Positions 60,327 to 64,000 of a DNA stretch of 64,000 bases are shown in pieces. Origin of the DNA: Lingula anatina (taxonomy: Eukaryota > Animalia > Brachiopoda). The notes under the pieces were generated by a model. It was not told where the DNA came from. It did no database searches and saw nothing but the letters and a program-made list of their open reading frames with translations. Position numbers and translations under genes: made by a program. Position 1 is the first letter of the stretch; each line of letters begins with the position of its first letter. Location of the stretch: positions 11,842,001 to 11,906,000 of the forward strand of contig CM120642.1 of the NCBI GenBank assembly GCA_051362555.1, in the 5' to 3' direction.

Positions 60327-62662
60327 ACATATGTACATAACAATAGTTTTAATTAGCGACAGAGCAATCTCTTTTTGTGATTGTTGTACCATTCAAATTC
60401 GACACATGTTACAGTGGCGTGGTAAGTCATATGAAAAGTATGATTATGAGACATCCATTAATTTCTATTTTAAACATACTTGGTCGTTGTTCGCTACGTT
60501 ACTACAGGACATGGTTAATTTCATCTGCTTCAAGCATATCACAGCAGTTACATATGTTTGAGTCATAACTGAAAGAGATCTAGGTCTCTGTGAAAAAGCC
60601 ATAGCATATATGAACTTTGTGACATTGTGACTTTGAGGTATACTATTCCTGTCATAACAATATAATGAAACATAGTCGTGAGAGAATTATTATACACGAT
60701 TCCCATGATGTCAGCTAATTATCCTTTAAAAATCCGTTGCTGTGTTTACAATACGTGTGTGTGTGTGTGTGTGTGTGAGTGTGTGTGTGTGTGGTCTTTA
60801 TTAATATATTATACATGTATATATCAATTCATTTACATCGTGTATGTATACATCCATCAACATGTTAAAGGTCGCAGCTGCAATTGTCCGCTCAAAAAGT
60901 GTTGTCAATTTATCAATATTCCTGAATAGGGTATACAGTTTTCCCTTGGTCTCACAGTAATGTGTGTGTGATTTGCATGCGTGTACGCGCATGCGTGCGT
61001 TTCTTTGTGTGGAGAAAGAATTCGCCTATTTCTTTCTCTCTCCTACAAGAAGCGCGATTTCTTTTTTTTTTTTACTTGATCCTGACCCCGCCTGACCGCC
61101 GACCGTCTCACATGTTCAAAAATACAACGCATTTCGCTTGAACACATGATAAACAATAATTACACGACTCATCATATCACATGTTCCTGATAAAATTAGC
61201 ATAAACTATTAAGATTTCACAAACATGAGAGGCAAAAAGTAGGCTGTATACAAGTGAAAACTATCACTGACTAACTGTCGAGAATATATATATATAACCA
61301 AGAGGTATTTAATCTTGTGAAATGTTACACTTTATACTCAGACTTTCAATTTGGCAGTGTCCTTTTGAATCATCTAAAGGTTCTGTCAGCTCATGAATAC
61401 TCACAGATATTTGCGATAAAAAGAACCCCAATGTTTTTATATCCATTTTTCGACATTAATAGACAAAATCCGTAGTGTCATGATTTCCGAATTTATCAGT
61501 CAGCAATGCACATTACAATGCTAAAAAATGACGTCATATTCCAAAAAGGGACAGATACGACACCCATGGGTATCCGAATAAACAAACAAATATCAACGAA
61601 AAAACACCCACAAAAATGTTCCGTAAATAAATGCACCCTGGCGACCCCACATCTGAATTCTTGACCCTGGTATGAAAGGCTGTGGTAACAATGGAGCAAG
61701 CTAGTGTTAATGATGACATACGGGTGACTTAAAAGGAAAGGTGATGCAGCGATGACAGCGCAAAAGCTCAGGTGACACAAATCGGAAACGTGTGACGTGT
61801 TTTCTTGTGGGAAGTAAAAACCTTTAAAATGAGCGTGAACTTTTTGTAGGTCATTTTTCTTTAGTGACAGTGCTATATTAGCCTGGATTAACGTGATAGG
61901 GAGAGGTGGTCTTAATCCGAAGATAAAGGTGATATGATAAGAGGCTTATTATTCATGGCGTTATTGTAATGTAAAAATCTCTGTTTAAATATACATGTAT
62001 ATAATTAGTAATAAGTAACATTCTTCATTTTTCAAGCTAGCGTAAAAGTTTTAATGATAATTGCATTGACAATTTCAATATTGTTTTGAAGTCATGGCGA
62101 TTAAAACTAAAAATGATGTACAGTTAGATTGTGAACAAAAAGAAAAAAATACCTACATACGTCAAACCAAAAATGGATAAATGGATGATAGAACTGCTTT
62201 TAGGATGTAATTAAATAATGTTATCTACGGAGTGGATGATATGATACTAAAATATAATTTAGGCCTAGCGAAAATAATATATGCGGTCATGGCATCGATA
62301 TCTTCGATCAGTTTTACACAAGTGACCAGACTCAAAGAAATCTATTTACCTTGGCAAAATACTCAATGTAACTATATTGATTAGATAATCGGGTTATGCT
62401 CTACAGCACTGCATGAATCTGCTAATGCACTGCAACTGCGCTTCGGATAGGATATTACATCAGTATTCAGAATTTGCTATTGTTGCGATACTTTTGGTCA
62501 ATACTGTGTTTGCTGGACATGTGCTCTTTCACCCATCGATCTGCTCTTGTAGTAAACCTAGCATACATGGGCTGAATATCAAAATGCCTATTTTCTCTCA
62601 CAGAACACCAAACAAAATCTACATCTGAGCCACTGCTACATCTGAGACGACGCTTGCACAAG

Positions 62663-63185
62663 ATGGGGTCTAAATTTGTCGACGATGCTGTGGCAGCCCA
62701 TAATGTCTATCGCGCTAAACACAAGGTCGGTCCTCTGACCAAAGCCAAGGATCTGTGTGAATACGCCCAAAAATGGGCGGACAACATTGCCAAGTCTGGA
62801 AACTTCAGGCACAGTGACTGCATGCACAAAGGGGAGCGTCTCGGAGAGAATATCGCCATGAAGTACACGTCTTCTGGAGACCCGTTCACAGGTGATGATA
62901 GAGGCATATCATATAAATTGTGTTTGGTAATATTGTATTTTAATACAATTAAATTATTAAAATATAGTTTTAACAACAAATTGAGACTCTGCTGATTCAA
63001 TGTTTCAAGTAAACGCTTCGACGTTTCAGGTTTTCTGCATTTACCAGTGTAAAAAATACGGATTTATGTTCAGTTAGACAGTATTTTAGCACATATTTTA
63101 TCGTCAACAGGCCAACAGGTGACTGACCAGTGGTACAGTGAAGTAGCCAAGTATACATTTGGGAGTGACTTCTCCAGCGGAACAG
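62663..63185 (+). CDS. GLIPR2: Golgi-associated plant pathogenesis-related protein 1-like (CAP/SCP domain), partial; remaining exon(s) lie beyond the window
   Basis: Exons 62663-62891 (MGSKFVDDAVAAHNVYRAKHKV...YAQKWAD...HS...GENIA) and 63111-63185 (GQQVTDQWYSEVAKYTFGSDFSSGTG). CAP motifs HNxYR, GENIA and WYxE are present and there is no signal peptide. The expected GHFTQ exon is not in the window. The frame is open back to the acceptor at 62604, so the true start could be further upstream. Orthology to GLIPR2 versus a paralog is not resolved. Confidence 0.85.
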
Positions 63186-64000
63186 GTGAGAGAGAGAGAG
63201 AAAGAGTTGAGAGGGGGGGGGGGCAAATTAACGTTTTCTGTTTTGGTATTGCGGGAAAATCCTTGTATGCTTCTTGGGCCGAAAGGCAATTCTTGTATTA
63301 CATCTGTCTTGAAGTCTTGGTTCTTCAAGTGCAACACTCATTGTGTTAGATAAGATTGAACACATTCGAGCAGAATCAACATCGGCGACTCTGCCTGCAG
63401 GGGAATGCGCTTTAGATTGTATGGTCGTTGCCAAAATAAATCAACTGTATTCTTCTGGTTTCTTACACGTGTACACCGTAAAAAAAGATGACAAAGGGAG
63501 TTGCGGCGTTGCTTGAATATATACAAAAAAGGTTTCTACGCTGAAATGTTATGGAGTAGGCTTTGTAACCTGCTTACATAGTATGTACTTGTATACCCTT
63601 TAAAGGGGTCATTGTTCTACCACAAGCAGGTGGCTGGGACAAGAAGAAAAAAGTTGGCTTCGCTCAGTCTCGTAACATTGTATCATATATGCTAAGTTTG
63701 TTTTAAAGAAAGCCGAAGGGAACAGGTGCCTCTTTCCCCCTTTGATCCTATGATACTGATTTATAATATAGTAAACACAGCTCGTGATGATGTATCCACG
63801 AATTCACACGTTGTTGGATATTCCACATATGATACAGTTCGGTTTTTATTTCAAACATACTTTATAGTTGAGCAAGGAAAATAAGAAACATGCGCTGACT
63901 CACAGAGTCGCTTCCTTTTTTCCTTATCACATGACACGATCTCCAAGCCTTGACCCCTTTTGTCGTCGTTAAAAAATTAGTCACTTCCGAAATTACACAT

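Overview
Eukaryotic, AT-rich, intron-containing genomic DNA from an invertebrate animal. A lophotrochozoan such as a mollusc is my inference from the repeat content. Five genes were reconstructed by hand from GT-AG boundaries and reading phase: (1) prostaglandin reductase 1 (PTGR1; minus, 9 coding exons, 339 aa); (2) a 7-Ig split-kinase VEGFR/PVR-type receptor tyrosine kinase (minus, 23 coding exons, ~1476 aa); (3) proteasome maturation protein POMP (plus, 6 exons, 143 aa), head-to-head with the receptor; (4) the SF1 helicase IGHMBP2/SMUBP-2 (minus, 16 exons, ~1031 aa); (5) a GAPR-1/GLIPR2-like CAP-domain gene running off the right end. Introns hold Helentron-associated elements (one with a 146-bp tandem array), a TA-flanked TIR transposon, Harbinger- and hAT-like MITEs, an L2/CR1 LINE remnant and microsatellites. 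I see no wholly new multi-gene system. The best leads are the compact VEGFR-POMP divergent pair (same arrangement as human FLT1-POMP), hidden candidate alternative exons in the receptor's last intron, an extra XAF1/TRAFD1-like zinc finger in IGHMBP2, and a duplicated frameshifting splice acceptor in IGHMBP2. All coordinates were read manually and may be off by a few bases.
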